Source of the DNA: Myxococcales bacterium
GTDB taxonomy: Bacteria; Myxococcota_A; Polyangia; Fen-1088
Reading direction: 5' to 3'
NCBI GenBank assembly: GCA_031423255.1
Contig: JANPFD010000253.1
Span: forward strand, 14,941-78,940
Length of the DNA stretch: 64,000 bases
Below, piece after piece: positions 1-9,037 of this stretch. Both the position numbers and the translations under genes were made by a program. Each line of letters opens with the position of its first letter. The first letter of the stretch is position 1. The notes below the pieces were generated by a model. The model was not told the origin of the DNA, did not search any database, and saw only the letters and a program-made list of their open reading frames with translations.

Positions 1-1497
1 AGGCGCGCTCAACTGGACGGCCTTCACCATCCCCGACATCCCGACGGAAGCCGTGACGTCGATGCGCCCGCTCTTGAGCCGCTCGTCCCGCTTCAAGGCA
101 CGTTCGTAGCAGATCTTGATCGCCTGCTGATTGTCCTTCTTGCGGACCACGGCGCTGATCATCGATTCGGAGATGCCCCCCCCGGCGGCAGGGGCTGCCG
201 CGGTCGAGGCATGCGTCGGCGTGAAGGTCTTCACCTGGCGCTCCCCGGCGGCAACGGAAGGCGCGACCGGTGGAGGCGTGACCGCAGCAGGCTGAACGGG
301 AGCCGGCGCGGCAGCTCGCGGAGCCGGCCGCGGCGCCGGGCGAGCCGCCACGCGCTTCGGGTCGCGATCGACGTGGGCGGTCGCGGTCGCAGGCTCGGTG
401 CCGCCGACGGACGCCTTGAAGCGCTGCTCGGCGTCCTCGCGCGCCTGCTTTTCAGACGCTTGCACGTCGGCAGGTCGCGAGCCCGAGCGCGCCACGCCGG
501 GGTTCGTCGGATCCTCGTGGGGACGGTTGATCAGAACCACGACGGCCAGGCCGACGAGGATCACGACCACGGCCGCAGCAGCGATGATCCGGATCGACGG
601 ATTGCGGCTGAAGAACCCGGGCAGCCCGGTAAGCCGCGACAGGCCGGACTCAGCTCGCCCCTGCGCGGCCACGGGCAGCGGCGCCGACGCGGGGGGCGGA
701 AACATGGGCCCTACCAGGGCTGGCGGTGGCTGCGGCGCCACGAACGGCGCGTCGTCGAAGGGCGACAGCCGCTCGCGCACCGGCGCCACAGCCCTCGATG
801 CCGGCCGCATCGCGGGCACAGCCCTCGACGCCGGACGCGCCGGCAGTTCGGTCTTGAACAGAGCCGCGTCCAGCGGTTGCACGCGTGTGCGGTCCTGCTC
901 CTCGAAACCGTGGGGGGCGGGCGTCTCGGGGCCAGGGTCGACCGGAGGCGGCACCGGCCTGGCTCCCGCACGCGGCGGCGGCAGCGTCGCCCGACCCGGC
1001 GTGTGGGAACCGGGCAGCGCAGCACGGCCCGGGGTGTTCGACGCCGGCAGCGGGGCACGGCCGGGGGTCCCACCTGGCGCCTTCAGCGGCGGTGGCGCTG
1101 GAACACGCGCGGCGGGCTTGCCGCCCAGCGCCTTCAACTCATCGGCCAGCACCGGAACGGCGGCTGGCGGTTTCCAGGAATCGAAATCCGGTCGCCAGAC
1201 GAAGATCTCCGCGCCCGCCTTGGCGCCGGCGATGCGCTTGACCGCCTCGGAGCGGCCGAGCGGGCCCACCTGAACGCCGTCGACGCCGACGAACCATTCC
1301 TCGGCGGGAGCGGCCGGAGCAGCCTTCGGCCGGGGTGGCGGGGGTGGCGGGGGCGCAGCCATGGCGACCGCGCCGCCCGGATCGCGGACGGTGATGACGT
1401 TCTCGCAGGTCTTGCAGCGGATCTTGAGGATCTTCTGCCTGACCTTGTCGTCCGCAATCGAGTAACGGGTCTGGCACCGGTCGCAGACGAACTTCAT
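1..1497 (-). CDS. Zinc-ribbon (MJ0042-type) / GYF-like / single-TM / AgmX-PglI-type (TonB-C-like) tail protein; 3' end lies outside the window
   Basis: ATG at 1497. The gene is absent from the ORF track because the frame stays open to position 1. N-terminus MKFVCDRCQTRYSI..KIRCKTCENVI has two CxxC pairs. EEWFVGVDGVQVGPL..FVWRPDFDSWKP is GYF-like. Pro-rich linkers follow, then TM IIAAAAVVVILVGLAVVVLI. The tail NQQAIKICYERALKRDERLKSGRIDV resembles myxobacterial AgmX/GltJ tails. Confidence 0.75.
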   Translation of the reverse strand, partial: MKFVCDRCQTRYSIADDKVRQKILKIRCKTCENVITVRDPGGAVAMAAPPPPPPPRPKAAPAAPAEEWFVGVDGVQVGPLGRSEAVKRIAGAKAGAEIFVWRPDFDSWKPPAAVPVLADELKALGGKPAARVPAPPPLKAPGGTPGRAPLPASNTPGRAALPGSHTPGRATLPPPRAGARPVPPPVDPGPETPAPHGFEEQDRTRVQPLDAALFKTELPARPASRAVPAMRPASRAVAPVRERLSPFDDAPFVAPQPPPALVGPMFPPPASAPLPVAAQGRAESGLSRLTGLPGFFSRNPSIRIIAAAAVVVILVGLAVVVLINRPHEDPTNPGVARSGSRPADVQASEKQAREDAEQRFKASVGGTEPATATAHVDRDPKRVAARPAPRPAPRAAAPAPVQPAAVTPPPVAPSVAAGERQVKTFTPTHASTAAAPAAGGGISESMISAVVRKKDNQQAIKICYERALKRDERLKSGRIDVTASVGMSGMVKAVQLSAP

Positions 1498-1535
1498 CCG
1501 TGGTTCTGCGGCTCCTCCCGTCGTCCAGCCTAGCG

Positions 1536-2846
1536 CTAACCCCGGGTGAGCGCCAGCACGAGGACGAGCGCGGCGACGATGACCGCACCGACGATGCCGA
1601 GGACCATCGGCAGGCGGCTCGGCTCCGGCACCGGCCGGTTGGCGGCCCCGCCCCGTCTCGCCGTCGCCGCGGGCGCCACCTTCGGGGGTTGCGACACCGG
1701 GGGCTCGGACGGCGCGGGCTCCGCCGCGACCTCGGGCGCGGCCGCAGGCCCTTCGGCCGTGTGCGCGAGCGGCACGATCGGCCCGCTTGCCCGCAATGCG
1801 TCGGCAAGCGCCTTGCCCGCGCCCGACGACGGCCGATCGAAATCCAGCGCCTCCGGATCGTCCACCTCGTCGTCGATGAACGCCTGCGCGCGTCGCAACC
1901 CGACCTCCGACACCGGCGCATCCACCGAGAAGAGGTCCTGCAGATAGCGCGCCAGGTGGTGGTTGCGCACATGCGCGCCCATGCCTTCCAAGAAGCGCTC
2001 GAGGTCCGAGAACAGCTCCCCGGCCGACGCGTAACGGTCGTCCGGGTTCTTCTCCAGGGTCTTGAGGACGATCAGCTCCAGCTCGCGCGGGTAGTCGCGG
2101 CGCACGTAGGTGGGCGGCGCCGCCTTCTCCTCGACGATGCGCTTCATCACCACCTCCATCGGTCCCCGCCACAGCCGCCGCCCGAGCGTGATCTCGTACA
2201 GGATCGTCCCCAGCGAGAACACGTCCGAGCGCCCGTCGAGCGCATCGCCCTTCACCTGCTCGGGCGACATGTACGACGCCTTTCCCGGCCGCCCCGACTC
2301 GTCGCCGCCGCTGCCCTGACGGGCGATCCCGAAGTCGATCACCTTGGTTTGCCCCGAGAACCCGATCACCAGATTCGTGGGCGAGATGTCCCGGTGGATG
2401 ATGCCGAACCGCTCGCCGCGCGCGTCGAGCCCATCGTGCATGTAGGCCATCGCCGCCGCCGTCTGGGCCACGATGTGGATGGCGTGCTCCATCGACAGCG
2501 GCCGCGACGCCTCGATGCCACGGCGGATGACGTCCGTCAGCGTCTTGCCAGGCAAATGCTCCATGGCGATGAAGTGCACGCCCGCGTCCTCGCCCACGTC
2601 GAACACGTGCACGATGTTCGGGTGGCTGAGCATCGCCGCCAACCGCGCCTCGGCCAGGAACATCTCGATGATCTCGCGGTTGTCCGCGTAGCGCGCCTGC
2701 AGCACTTTGAGCGCCAGGTCCTTGGAGAATCCGCCCACGCTTTCGTAGCGGGCCAGGAAGATCTCGGCCATACCGCCCGACGCCAGATGCTCGACCAAGG
2801 TGTAGCGCCCGATCTTCTGTCCCTTGAGCTGCCGCGCGGGGTTCAT
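1536..2846 (-). CDS. Hanks-type Ser/Thr protein kinase with a C-terminal membrane anchor
   Basis: Kinase motifs: GRYTLVEHLASGGMAEIF (G-loop), LALKVL (Lys), HRDISPTNLV (catalytic loop), IDFGIAR, YMSPEQ. The C-terminal hydrophobic segment is MVLGIVGAVIVAALVLVLAL. ATG 2846 shares 1 nt with the SCO stop; the alternative TTG 2849 would overlap it by 4 nt. Confidence 0.9.
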   Translation of the reverse strand: MNPARQLKGQKIGRYTLVEHLASGGMAEIFLARYESVGGFSKDLALKVLQARYADNREIIEMFLAEARLAAMLSHPNIVHVFDVGEDAGVHFIAMEHLPGKTLTDVIRRGIEASRPLSMEHAIHIVAQTAAAMAYMHDGLDARGERFGIIHRDISPTNLVIGFSGQTKVIDFGIARQGSGGDESGRPGKASYMSPEQVKGDALDGRSDVFSLGTILYEITLGRRLWRGPMEVVMKRIVEEKAAPPTYVRRDYPRELELIVLKTLEKNPDDRYASAGELFSDLERFLEGMGAHVRNHHLARYLQDLFSVDAPVSEVGLRRAQAFIDDEVDDPEALDFDRPSSGAGKALADALRASGPIVPLAHTAEGPAAAPEVAAEPAPSEPPVSQPPKVAPAATARRGGAANRPVPEPSRLPMVLGIVGAVIVAALVLVLALTRG

Positions 2847-3496
2847 CAATCGCCTCGGTTGATCAGCATCGCGGCGTCGTGCAGGACCTTGTCCTCGACG
2901 TCGGGCGCCGACGAATCATAGTAGCCGCGGATGCGCAGCGCCTGGTCGACCAGCACGAAGTGCGTGCCGTGGAACAGGCTGGCGAAGTCGGTCTCGCCCT
3001 GCGCACTGCCCATGGCAATCTTCAGGCCCTCCTCGACGGTGGATTTCATCGCCGCCAGGTCGCCCGTCAAGAATTTCCACATCCGCGGGCTGGCCTTCAC
3101 CTTGCGAGCGTACTCGGCCAGGCGCTCCGGGGTGTCATACGACGGATCGACACTGAACGACACCAGGTGAAAAGCCGGACCAAGGCCGCGGGCGCGACGC
3201 TGGATCTTTCCCATCTTCGTGGTGATGGCCGGGCAGATCGTCGGACAGCGCGTGAAGATGAAGCCGGCGGCCCAGACGGTCCCCCGCAGCTCCTCGCTCC
3301 CGAACGGACGGCCGTCCTCGGCCACCAGCCGGAAGGCGGGCAGCACCCCCAGCAGCGGCAACGGAGGCGGGACCGGGCGGCGGACCTGGTTGGCGATCGG
3401 AATCGCGATACCAAGGATGACCGCAGTCATCCAGAAGAGCGGCCGCGACACGAGCGCCGCTGCGCGACGCTGCAACATCGGCACCGCGAGGGACAT
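2846..3496 (-). CDS. SCO1/SenC family copper chaperone / thiol-disulfide oxidoreductase
   Basis: Thioredoxin-fold motif FIFTRCPTICP (CxxxC) plus a conserved distal His in HGTHFVLVD. There is an N-terminal TM. The start is uncertain (GTG 3517, ATG 3496 or ATG 3478). The gene is divergent from the oxidase cluster. Confidence 0.85.
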   Translation of the reverse strand: MSLAVPMLQRRAAALVSRPLFWMTAVILGIAIPIANQVRRPVPPPLPLLGVLPAFRLVAEDGRPFGSEELRGTVWAAGFIFTRCPTICPAITTKMGKIQRRARGLGPAFHLVSFSVDPSYDTPERLAEYARKVKASPRMWKFLTGDLAAMKSTVEEGLKIAMGSAQGETDFASLFHGTHFVLVDQALRIRGYYDSSAPDVEDKVLHDAAMLINRGD

Positions 3497-3567
3497 CAGC
3501 GGGCAGGAAACTACCACATGGTTCGTCCTTGACGTCCCAGTTTGAAAGTTCGAACGTCTCTCGGATC

Positions 3568-4872
3568 ATGCCCCCCACAGGACGTCGTACCCGGGTGCGC
3601 TGGCTGATGGTGTTCCTCGCCTTCAGCGGGACCGCCATCAGCTACATCGACCGCGCCAACCTGGGCGTCGCCGCCACCTTCATCGACAAGGAGTTCCAGC
3701 TCGGCAATGCCACCATGGGACTCATCCTGGGGGCGTTCTTCTGGTCATACGCCGGGGGCCAGATGCCCGCGGGCTGGTTCGTCGACAAGGTGGGGGCGCG
3801 GGTGGCCTACACGATTGCGGTCGTCTGGTGGTCCATCTTCACGGCGGCGGGGGCCGCGGCCCAGGGCTTCAAGTCGCTCTTCGTCTTCCGCTTCTTGCTG
3901 GGCGCCGGCGAGGCGCCCGCGTATCCCTGCAACGCCAAGGTCGTGTCCGACTGGTTCCCGCGCAGTGAGCGCGCCTTCGCCACCAGCATCTTCGACAGCG
4001 GCGCCCGCGTGGGCAGCGCGCTCTCATTGCCAATCGTGACCGCCATCGTCGCCGGCTTCGGCTGGCGGATGTCGTTCGTCATCACCGGGGCGCTGGGCAT
4101 CGTCTGGGCCGTTTTCTGGGTGGCGCTTTACCGGCTGCCTCAGGACCACAAGATGGTGTCGGACGAGGAGCGCGCTTACATCGAGAAGGGTCAGACGCCC
4201 GTGCAGGTCGAGACCGACTCCGGTCCGAAGGTGCGCTGGCGCGACCTTTTCCGCTACCGGACAATCTGGGGAATGATGCTCGGGTTCTTCTGCCTGAACG
4301 TCGTCATCTACTTTTTCATCACCTGGTTCCCCACGTATCTGCTGACGGAACGAGGCGTCAACCTGAAGCAACTGGGGACCCTCGGCACGTTGCCAGCGCT
4401 GTTCGCCATCCCGGCGGGCTACCTCGGGGGCCTGGCCTCGGACGCACTGGTGCGCCGAGGAGTGCGCCTGACCGTCGCGCGCAAGCTGCCGATCGTCGGC
4501 GGCCTGGCGATGTCCTCCAGCATCGCCCTGGCGGCGATCATGCCCGGCATCTACTCGTGCTTGGCGCTGCTGGCGCTGTGCTACGGCAGCCTCTCCTTCG
4601 CCGCGGCCAGCATCTGGTCGCTGCCCGCCGACATCGCGCCCAGCAAGAAGCTGGTGGCCTCCATCGGAGGTGTCCAGAACTTCGCCGCGAACCTCGGGGG
4701 CGTCGCCTGTGCCTCGCTCATCGGCCTCATGCGCGACGTCACCGGCGGCTTCACCGTGCCGCTGGTCATCGCTGGCGGCTTCGGCCTGGTCGGCGCGGCG
4801 TCGTACCTCTTCATCGTGGGCGACATCGCACCCTTGACCATGCCGCAGGCCCGCGCCTTGCGAGCGCCTTGA
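3568..4872 (+). CDS. MFS transporter (anion:cation symporter / hexuronate-galactonate-like subfamily)
   Basis: Multi-TM profile. N-terminus FSGTAISYIDRANLGVA and loop motif GGQMPAGWFVDKVGAR are typical of the ACS-type MFS. The ORF track starts at TTG 3529; ATG 3568 is preferred. Confidence 0.85.
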   Translation: MPPTGRRTRVRWLMVFLAFSGTAISYIDRANLGVAATFIDKEFQLGNATMGLILGAFFWSYAGGQMPAGWFVDKVGARVAYTIAVVWWSIFTAAGAAAQGFKSLFVFRFLLGAGEAPAYPCNAKVVSDWFPRSERAFATSIFDSGARVGSALSLPIVTAIVAGFGWRMSFVITGALGIVWAVFWVALYRLPQDHKMVSDEERAYIEKGQTPVQVETDSGPKVRWRDLFRYRTIWGMMLGFFCLNVVIYFFITWFPTYLLTERGVNLKQLGTLGTLPALFAIPAGYLGGLASDALVRRGVRLTVARKLPIVGGLAMSSSIALAAIMPGIYSCLALLALCYGSLSFAAASIWSLPADIAPSKKLVASIGGVQNFAANLGGVACASLIGLMRDVTGGFTVPLVIAGGFGLVGAASYLFIVGDIAPLTMPQARALRAP

Positions 4873-4891
4873 GCCACGTGCTATTGCCAGG

Positions 4892-5536
4892 TTGCCGGTG
4901 ACCTCAGAGGACGCGCACGCCCACGGCCACGCCATCACCGAGTGGCCGGCCGATCATTTCCTGGGTCGCGCCTCGGCGCTGAAGCTGGGGATGTGGATCT
5001 TCCTGCTCTCGGACGCCTTCTCGTTCGGGGGGCTGCTGCTGTCCTACGGCATCCTGCGCGGCGGTTCCACCGTCTGGTGGCACAGGGGGGAGCCCGACCT
5101 GGGCATCAACTTCACCGCCGGGCTCACCTTCCTGCTCATCTGCTCGAGCATGACCATGGTGCTGGCGGTGGCCGCCGCCAAGGAGGGCGACCGCAAGCGG
5201 ATGATGACCTTCCTTGGCTTCACCATCCTGGGCGGGCTGCTGTTCCTCCTCGGTCAGTACGCCGAGTACTGGGGCCTTCACGAGCCGGGGTTGCTGAAGC
5301 GTGGGCTACTGTTCGGGCAATCGGCGCGCGCCACGACCTTCTATCTCATCACCAGCTTCCATGGCTTCCACGTCTTTTCCGGCGTCGTGCTCATGACTGT
5401 GATGCTGGTGCGCGCCCTGCGCGGCAAGGTCAGCGCGGACGCCATCGAGTCGGTCGGCCTCTTCTGGCACTTCGTGGATCTGGTCTGGATCCTGGTGTTC
5501 ACCTTCGTCTATCTGATACCGGCGGAGCCGGGATGA
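4892..5536 (+). CDS. Cytochrome c oxidase subunit III (5-TM short form)
   Basis: MWIFLLSDAFSFGGLL, FHGFHVFSGVVLM and WHFVDLVWILVFTFVYL are hallmark subunit III helices. The start is TTG 4892 or GTG 4898. Confidence 0.9.
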   Translation: MPVTSEDAHAHGHAITEWPADHFLGRASALKLGMWIFLLSDAFSFGGLLLSYGILRGGSTVWWHRGEPDLGINFTAGLTFLLICSSMTMVLAVAAAKEGDRKRMMTFLGFTILGGLLFLLGQYAEYWGLHEPGLLKRGLLFGQSARATTFYLITSFHGFHVFSGVVLMTVMLVRALRGKVSADAIESVGLFWHFVDLVWILVFTFVYLIPAEPG

Positions 5537-5823
5537 TGGCGAGCGCGCACTCACGCAAGGCCTATTTCCAGGTATTCGCGGCGCTGGTGGTGCTCACCGC
5601 GGCGGAGATCGCCGTGGTCTACGTGCCGGGGATCCGCCGCGGGCTTCTCGTCTCGGCCCTGGTGTTGATGGCGGTCGCCAAGGCAGCGCTGGTGATGGTG
5701 TTCTTCATGCACCTCGGCAGCGAGACGCGGGCGGTGAAACTCGGGGTGATCCTGCCGTTTCTCTTGCCGGCGATCTACGCCTTCGTGCTCATCGGTGAGG
5801 CGGCCTGGAGGTTCCTGTCGTGA
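5533..5823 (+). CDS. Cytochrome c oxidase subunit IV family protein (prokaryotic COX4 type)
   Basis: The 96 aa form the C-terminal part of track ORF 4942..5823. Sequence begins MMASAHSRKAYFQVFAALVVLTAAEIAVVY and has 3 TM segments. The ATG overlaps the subunit III stop (ATGA). Confidence 0.75.
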   Translation: MMASAHSRKAYFQVFAALVVLTAAEIAVVYVPGIRRGLLVSALVLMAVAKAALVMVFFMHLGSETRAVKLGVILPFLLPAIYAFVLIGEAAWRFLS

Positions 5824-5975
5824 ACTTCGTGGTGACAATCCTCTGCCCCGTCTGCGCGACGCGAACGGGCCAGGGCTGGGGAACCTACGCAGTCATCGGC
5901 GCGATGATCGCCGTTCCCTACGTGGTGACGGCGGTGGCGTTGAAGGTCATCAAGCGGATCTCCAAGGATGCATAG
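5820..5975 (+). CDS. 51-aa membrane micro-protein with an N-terminal CPVC motif (function unknown)
   Basis: Not in the track because it is under 60 aa. A GTG start overlaps the subunit IV stop (GTGA), and its stop overlaps the coxB ATG by 8 nt. Sequence VNFVVTILCPVCATRTGQGWGTYAVIGAMIAVPYVVTAVALKVIKRISKDA. 44 of 51 codons end in G/C (my count), which is coding-like. Confidence 0.45.
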   Translation: MNFVVTILCPVCATRTGQGWGTYAVIGAMIAVPYVVTAVALKVIKRISKDA

Positions 5976-6756
5976 CCTCCTTCCTGTTCTCACACCGGTG
6001 CCCGAGACGGGCTGGGGTCTGCCCGACGATGCGTCGGTGCATGGCCACCGGATCGACCTGCTGATGAACACCACCAGCGTGTTCGTCGGGATCCTGTTCG
6101 GCGTCACCGTGGCCTGGTTGGCGTGGGCTGCCTTCAAGCACGGCACCCGGCGCCGCGCCGACTACGACCACGGCAGCGGCAGGGCGCAGGTGCTGAAGGC
6201 GTCGATCCTGTCGGTGGTGATCTTCGCCGTCGTCGACGGCAACCTGCTGGTGAACGGGTTGCTGGATCTGGACCAGGCGTTCTGGAACTTCGACAAGGCG
6301 CAGGCGACCCCGGGGGCGGTGCGAATCGAGGTGAACGCCCACCAGTGGGCCTGGGACGCGCGCTACGCCGGCGTCGACGGCAAGTTCAACACGGCCGACG
6401 ACATCGTCACCCTGAACGACATCCGGGTGCCGATAGACACGCCGGTGGTCGTGCAACTGGCCGCCACCGACGTCATCCACAGCTTCTCGCTGCCGAACTT
6501 CCGGGTGAAGCAGGACGCCGTGCCCGGGATGATCAACCGCCTGTGGTTCCAGGCAAAGAAGACCGGCGACTTCGACATCGCCTGCGCCCAGCACTGCGGC
6601 GCCCACCACTACAAGATGCGGGGACAGCTGACCGTGATGTCCGAAGCCGACTTCAAGGCGTGGTCCGCGCAAGCAGGCGCGTTGTCACAGCGGGCATACG
6701 ACGCCGAGGATCCGGGCTCTCATTGGGGCTGGGACTGGGAGAAGGGGAACCACTGA
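5968..6756 (+). CDS. coxB: Cytochrome c oxidase subunit II (CuA-containing)
   Basis: Two N-terminal TMs. The cupredoxin domain has DVIHSFSLP and CAQHCGAHHYKM, which fit the CuA ligand pattern H...C-x3-C-x3-H-x2-M. Confidence 0.9.
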   Translation: MHSLLPVLTPVPETGWGLPDDASVHGHRIDLLMNTTSVFVGILFGVTVAWLAWAAFKHGTRRRADYDHGSGRAQVLKASILSVVIFAVVDGNLLVNGLLDLDQAFWNFDKAQATPGAVRIEVNAHQWAWDARYAGVDGKFNTADDIVTLNDIRVPIDTPVVVQLAATDVIHSFSLPNFRVKQDAVPGMINRLWFQAKKTGDFDIACAQHCGAHHYKMRGQLTVMSEADFKAWSAQAGALSQRAYDAEDPGSHWGWDWEKGNH

Positions 6757-8516
6757 TGGATCTGCAGCCGATCCACCCCGAGCCGACGGTCTTCCTGCGC
6801 AGGTACGTCTTCTCGACCGACCACAAGATGATCGCCAAGCAGTTCCTGTGGGCGGGCCTGCTGTTCCTGCTGTTCGGAGGCCTCCTTGCCATGCTGATCC
6901 GCTGGCAGTGGGCGTACCCGGGGCAGAAGGTGCCGATCATCGGCGACCTGCTCTTCCGCCGGTCGGGCGGGGTGATCACACCGTCGGCCTACAACGCCTT
7001 GTTCACCATGCACGGCCTGGTCATGATCTTCTTCGCGATAACCCCGATCATGATCGGCTGCTTCGGCAATCTGTGCATCCCGTTGATGATCGGCGCGCGC
7101 GACATGGCGTTCCCGCGGCTGAACATGCTGTCGTTCTGGACCTTCGTCGTCTCGCTGGTGCTGATCTCCGTCTCCTTCCTGGTGCGGCTCGGTTCGGCCA
7201 GCGCCGGCTGGACCACCTACCCTCCCCTGTCGACGCCGATAGGCACCCCGGGCGCGGGGCAGACGCTGGTGGTGGCAGCGCTGTTCGTCACCGGCGCGGC
7301 GACGATCATGGGGTCGATCAACTACGTCACCACGGTCATCCGATTCAGGGCCCCCGGGATGACGTACATGCGTATGCCGCTGACCGTCTGGGGTCTGTGG
7401 CTGACCGCGATCCTGAACGTGCTGTTCGTGCCGGTGCTGGGCGCGGCGGCGCTGCTGCTGTTCCTGGACCGCGCGTTCGGGACGCAATTCTTCATCGCCG
7501 GAGCAGCATCGGTGCGCGGCGGCGGCGACCCGATCCTGTTCCAGCACCTGTTCTGGATCTTCGGTCACCCGGAGGTCTACATCCTGATCTTGCCGGCCTG
7601 GGGCTTCGTCGGCGATCTGGTGTCGTTCTTCGCCCGCAAGCCGGCCTACTGGTACAGGGGGTCGGTCCTGGCCATGGTGGCGGTGACGGTGCTGTCCGCC
7701 GTCGTCTACGGGCACCACATGTTCACCACCGGCATGAACCCGATGCTGGGCAAGGCCTTCATGGTGCTGACGCTGATCATCAGCGCGCCGGCCGAGTTGC
7801 TGTTCCTCAACTGGCTGCACACCATCTGGAAGGGATCGAACCGGCTGACCTCGCCGATGCTGTTCACGCTGGGGGTGGTGTTCGTGTTCGCGCTGGGTGG
7901 CCTGACCGGCATTTACCTGGCAACGATCTCGACCGATCTCTACCTTCACGACACCATGTTCGTCGTCGGGCACTTCCACCTGACGATGGCGGCGGCGACC
8001 TACCTCGGCAGCTTCGCCGCCATCTATTTTTGGTTCCCGAAGATGTTCGGCCGGAAGCTGCACGAGGGCCTGGGCAAGGCGCACTTCTGGGGTTCCCTGA
8101 TCTTCATCACCCTGCTGTTCGTCGGGCAACTGGCCGTCGGCTACGCGGGGCAGCCGCGTCGGCTGTGGGATCCGACCGCCTACTCCTTCCTGAAGCACCT
8201 GGGACCGATGAACCGGTGGACCAGCTATTTTGCGTTCGCGCTCGGGGTCTCGCAGCTGCTGTTCGTGGTGAACTTCTTCGGCAACGTCTTCAAGAAGCCG
8301 AACACCGAGGCGAACCCCTGGCAGGTGGGCACTCTGGAGTGGACCGTGGCCTCGCCACCCCCGCACCACAACTTCGACGTCATCCCCACGGTGGTGCGCG
8401 GCCCGCACGAGTTCAGCAACCCCGAGGTGCAAAAGCGCCTGGGCCGCGACTGGATCTCGCAGACCGAGGACCTGCCAGCGGATCCCGGCGAGGCCGCCAC
8501 GGCGGTGAAGACATGA
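6756..8516 (+). CDS. ctaD: Cytochrome c oxidase subunit I (A-type haem-copper oxidase)
   Basis: 586 aa starting MDLQPIHPEP..STDHKMIAKQF. Motifs: YNALFTMHGLVMIFF, WIFGHPEVYILILP (His-Tyr crosslink motif), FVVGHFHLTM. The ATG shares 1 nt with the coxB stop. The track ORF 6123..8516 carries a false N-terminal extension. Confidence 0.95.
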   Translation: MDLQPIHPEPTVFLRRYVFSTDHKMIAKQFLWAGLLFLLFGGLLAMLIRWQWAYPGQKVPIIGDLLFRRSGGVITPSAYNALFTMHGLVMIFFAITPIMIGCFGNLCIPLMIGARDMAFPRLNMLSFWTFVVSLVLISVSFLVRLGSASAGWTTYPPLSTPIGTPGAGQTLVVAALFVTGAATIMGSINYVTTVIRFRAPGMTYMRMPLTVWGLWLTAILNVLFVPVLGAAALLLFLDRAFGTQFFIAGAASVRGGGDPILFQHLFWIFGHPEVYILILPAWGFVGDLVSFFARKPAYWYRGSVLAMVAVTVLSAVVYGHHMFTTGMNPMLGKAFMVLTLIISAPAELLFLNWLHTIWKGSNRLTSPMLFTLGVVFVFALGGLTGIYLATISTDLYLHDTMFVVGHFHLTMAAATYLGSFAAIYFWFPKMFGRKLHEGLGKAHFWGSLIFITLLFVGQLAVGYAGQPRRLWDPTAYSFLKHLGPMNRWTSYFAFALGVSQLLFVVNFFGNVFKKPNTEANPWQVGTLEWTVASPPPHHNFDVIPTVVRGPHEFSNPEVQKRLGRDWISQTEDLPADPGEAATAVKT

Positions 8517-9037
8517 CCGCCACCACCGCCGACACCTCGGCGGAGAAGACCGCCGTTCTGGGCATGGTCATCTTCATCGCCTCCTGGGCGATGCTGTTCG
8601 CGGGGCTGTTCTTCGCCTACGGGGCCATCCGGGTCCGGGCGCTGGCGTGGCCGCCCGCGGATCTGCCGCAGCTGCCGCTGCTGTTGCCGTCGCTGGCGAC
8701 GGCGGCGCTGGCGCTGTCGAGCTGGCTGCTGGAGCGGGCGCGGCGGACGGGCAACGGCGTGCCCTGGGCGGCGCTGGCCGGGGCGCTGTTCCTCGGGCTG
8801 CAGGTCGTCGTCTGGCGCGATCTGCACGCCGCGGGACTCCGTCCCGACACCGGCACCTACGCTTCGGTCTTCTTCGGCCTCACCGTGTTCCACGGGCTGC
8901 ACGTGGCGGTGGGGCTGGTGGCGCTGGGATGGCTGGCGCTGCGGCGGACGTCCCTGTCGCTGCGCATCTGGACGCTGTACTGGCACATGGTGGGCGTGAT
9001 CTGGGGCGTGATGTTCTTCCTGCTGTACCTGATATGA
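8513..9037 (+). CDS. Second cytochrome c oxidase subunit III-like protein (174 aa, 5 TM)
   Basis: MTATTADTSAEKTAVLGMVIFIASWAMLFAGLFFAY..FFGLTVFHGLHVAVGL..YWHMVGVIWGVMFFLLYLI. ATGA overlap with the ctaD stop. Confidence 0.8.
   Translation: MTATTADTSAEKTAVLGMVIFIASWAMLFAGLFFAYGAIRVRALAWPPADLPQLPLLLPSLATAALALSSWLLERARRTGNGVPWAALAGALFLGLQVVVWRDLHAAGLRPDTGTYASVFFGLTVFHGLHVAVGLVALGWLALRRTSLSLRIWTLYWHMVGVIWGVMFFLLYLI

Noticed and set aside
211-1533. 440-aa plus-strand ORF, with 398..1273 and other overlapping ORFs
   Set aside because: The translations are Arg/Gly/Pro-rich and low in complexity. They lie antisense to a minus-strand frame with clear domain architecture (zinc ribbon, GYF, TM, TonB-C-like tail). 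This is a typical high-G+C artefact.
3529-3567. Inverted repeat GACGT..ACGTC and palindrome GTTCGAAC in the SCO1/MFS divergent region, read as an operator
   Set aside because: The elements are only 5-8 bp, which is expected by chance, and no associated regulator gene is present.
6720-8432. 570-aa minus-strand ORF across ctaD, and the N-terminal extensions of track ORFs 6123..8516 and 6848..9037
   Set aside because: These are antisense or out of frame relative to an unmistakable subunit I sequence. The extensions are Arg/Pro-rich and overlap coxB and ctaD, which have their own coupled starts.
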